A stretch of 15,228 bases of DNA from an uncultured archaeon (GTDB taxonomy: Archaea > Thermoproteota > EX4484-205 > JAAOZP01). Positions 14,849 through 15,228 of this stretch are shown piece after piece (the first letter of the stretch is position 1; every line of letters starts with the position of its first letter). The DNA is taken from contig CALIBN010000037.1 of assembly GCA_938045545.1 (NCBI GenBank), positions 1 to 15,228 of the forward strand, read 5' to 3'. The translations under genes and the position numbers were made by a program. The notes under the pieces are model-generated. The model saw nothing but the letters and a program-made list of their open reading frames with translations, had not been told where the DNA came from and ran no database searches.

Positions 14849-15228
14849 CTATTGCTGCAGAGTGCTCTGGTTAAGTTCCTTGTCATACTTTCCCCTGTAT
14901 GCTTGAACCAGAACGTAGGCCCGTCGCGCGAATAAAGGCGCTGTCCAAATCATGAAAACCGCTATGTAAACCTTTTGGGTAGCTATGTCCGGTGGAGGCC
15001 TATCATACGCGTAGAAAAACGCGGATAAGAACCATAATGCCCAGGCGAGTGAGAGCGCAGGAGGGCTGAGAAAAGCATTATTCTCTGCCTAGCCCTGAAC
15101 TGCGTGATTAACACTCCGAGAAGATAATGGATTGAGAGGAATAGGAAGCTGCTGAGAAGCATTATGATGCTTAAATTAGGGTTCCATACGCAGGCTCCTA
15201 GAAAAAGCACGCCGCCCATTATAATCCA
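14849..15228 (-). pseudogene. 3' part of a multi-pass membrane protein gene with a frameshift at ~15058 (enters from right edge)
   Basis: Frame 1 (15228-15058) is hydrophobic: WIIMGGVLFLGACV...IMLFSALL. Frame 2 (15058-14849) continues ALSLAWALWFLSAFFYAYDRPPPDIATQKVYIAVFMIWTAPLFARRAYVLVQAYRGKYDKELNQSTLQQ*. Adding one G (CTG GCG) restores a single frame. Confidence 0.7.

Noticed and set aside
1-15228. CRISPR array, tRNA, rRNA, integrase or transposase
   Set aside because: No regularly spaced repeats, cloverleaf/T-loop signature, rRNA-like sequence or recombinase motifs were seen by eye.

Overview
Archaeal genomic window, probably from a TACK/Thermoproteota lineage; this is inferred from BRE/TATA promoters about 25-30 nt upstream of many start codons, an archaemetzincin, a RadA-like remnant and a HEPN-MNT pair. 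The left ~2.8 kb is an AT-rich accessory segment (hand-counted lines gave ~33-35% GC in the MTase versus 58% in the ADH gene). It carries a convergent Type II-like restriction-modification pair: a PD-(D/E)XK nuclease and an alpha-class SPPY (m4C-type) methyltransferase. The MTase is preceded by an abutting 88-aa wHTH-like gene whose promoter contains a tandem 9-bp direct repeat, making it a candidate non-canonical controller. Around this segment are four features missing from the ORF track: a creatininase-family gene lacking its first three metal ligands (runs off the left edge), a probable C-terminal relic of an older R-M gene, a frameshifted radA-like 5' remnant, and a GC-rich candidate structured RNA with K-turn-like and pseudoknot/switch potential (2932-3064). 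The rest is mostly metabolic: a small hypothetical protein, EamA transporter, Fe-ADH, HEPN-MNT module, MoeA, a membrane-anchored beta-propeller-like surface protein, Gfo/Idh/MocA oxidoreductase, an atypical polyprenyl synthase, a sugar-phosphate isomerase-like TIM barrel, archaemetzincin, a double-wHTH protein and a frameshifted membrane-protein gene at the right edge. All family calls are from motif recognition by eye; no searches were run.
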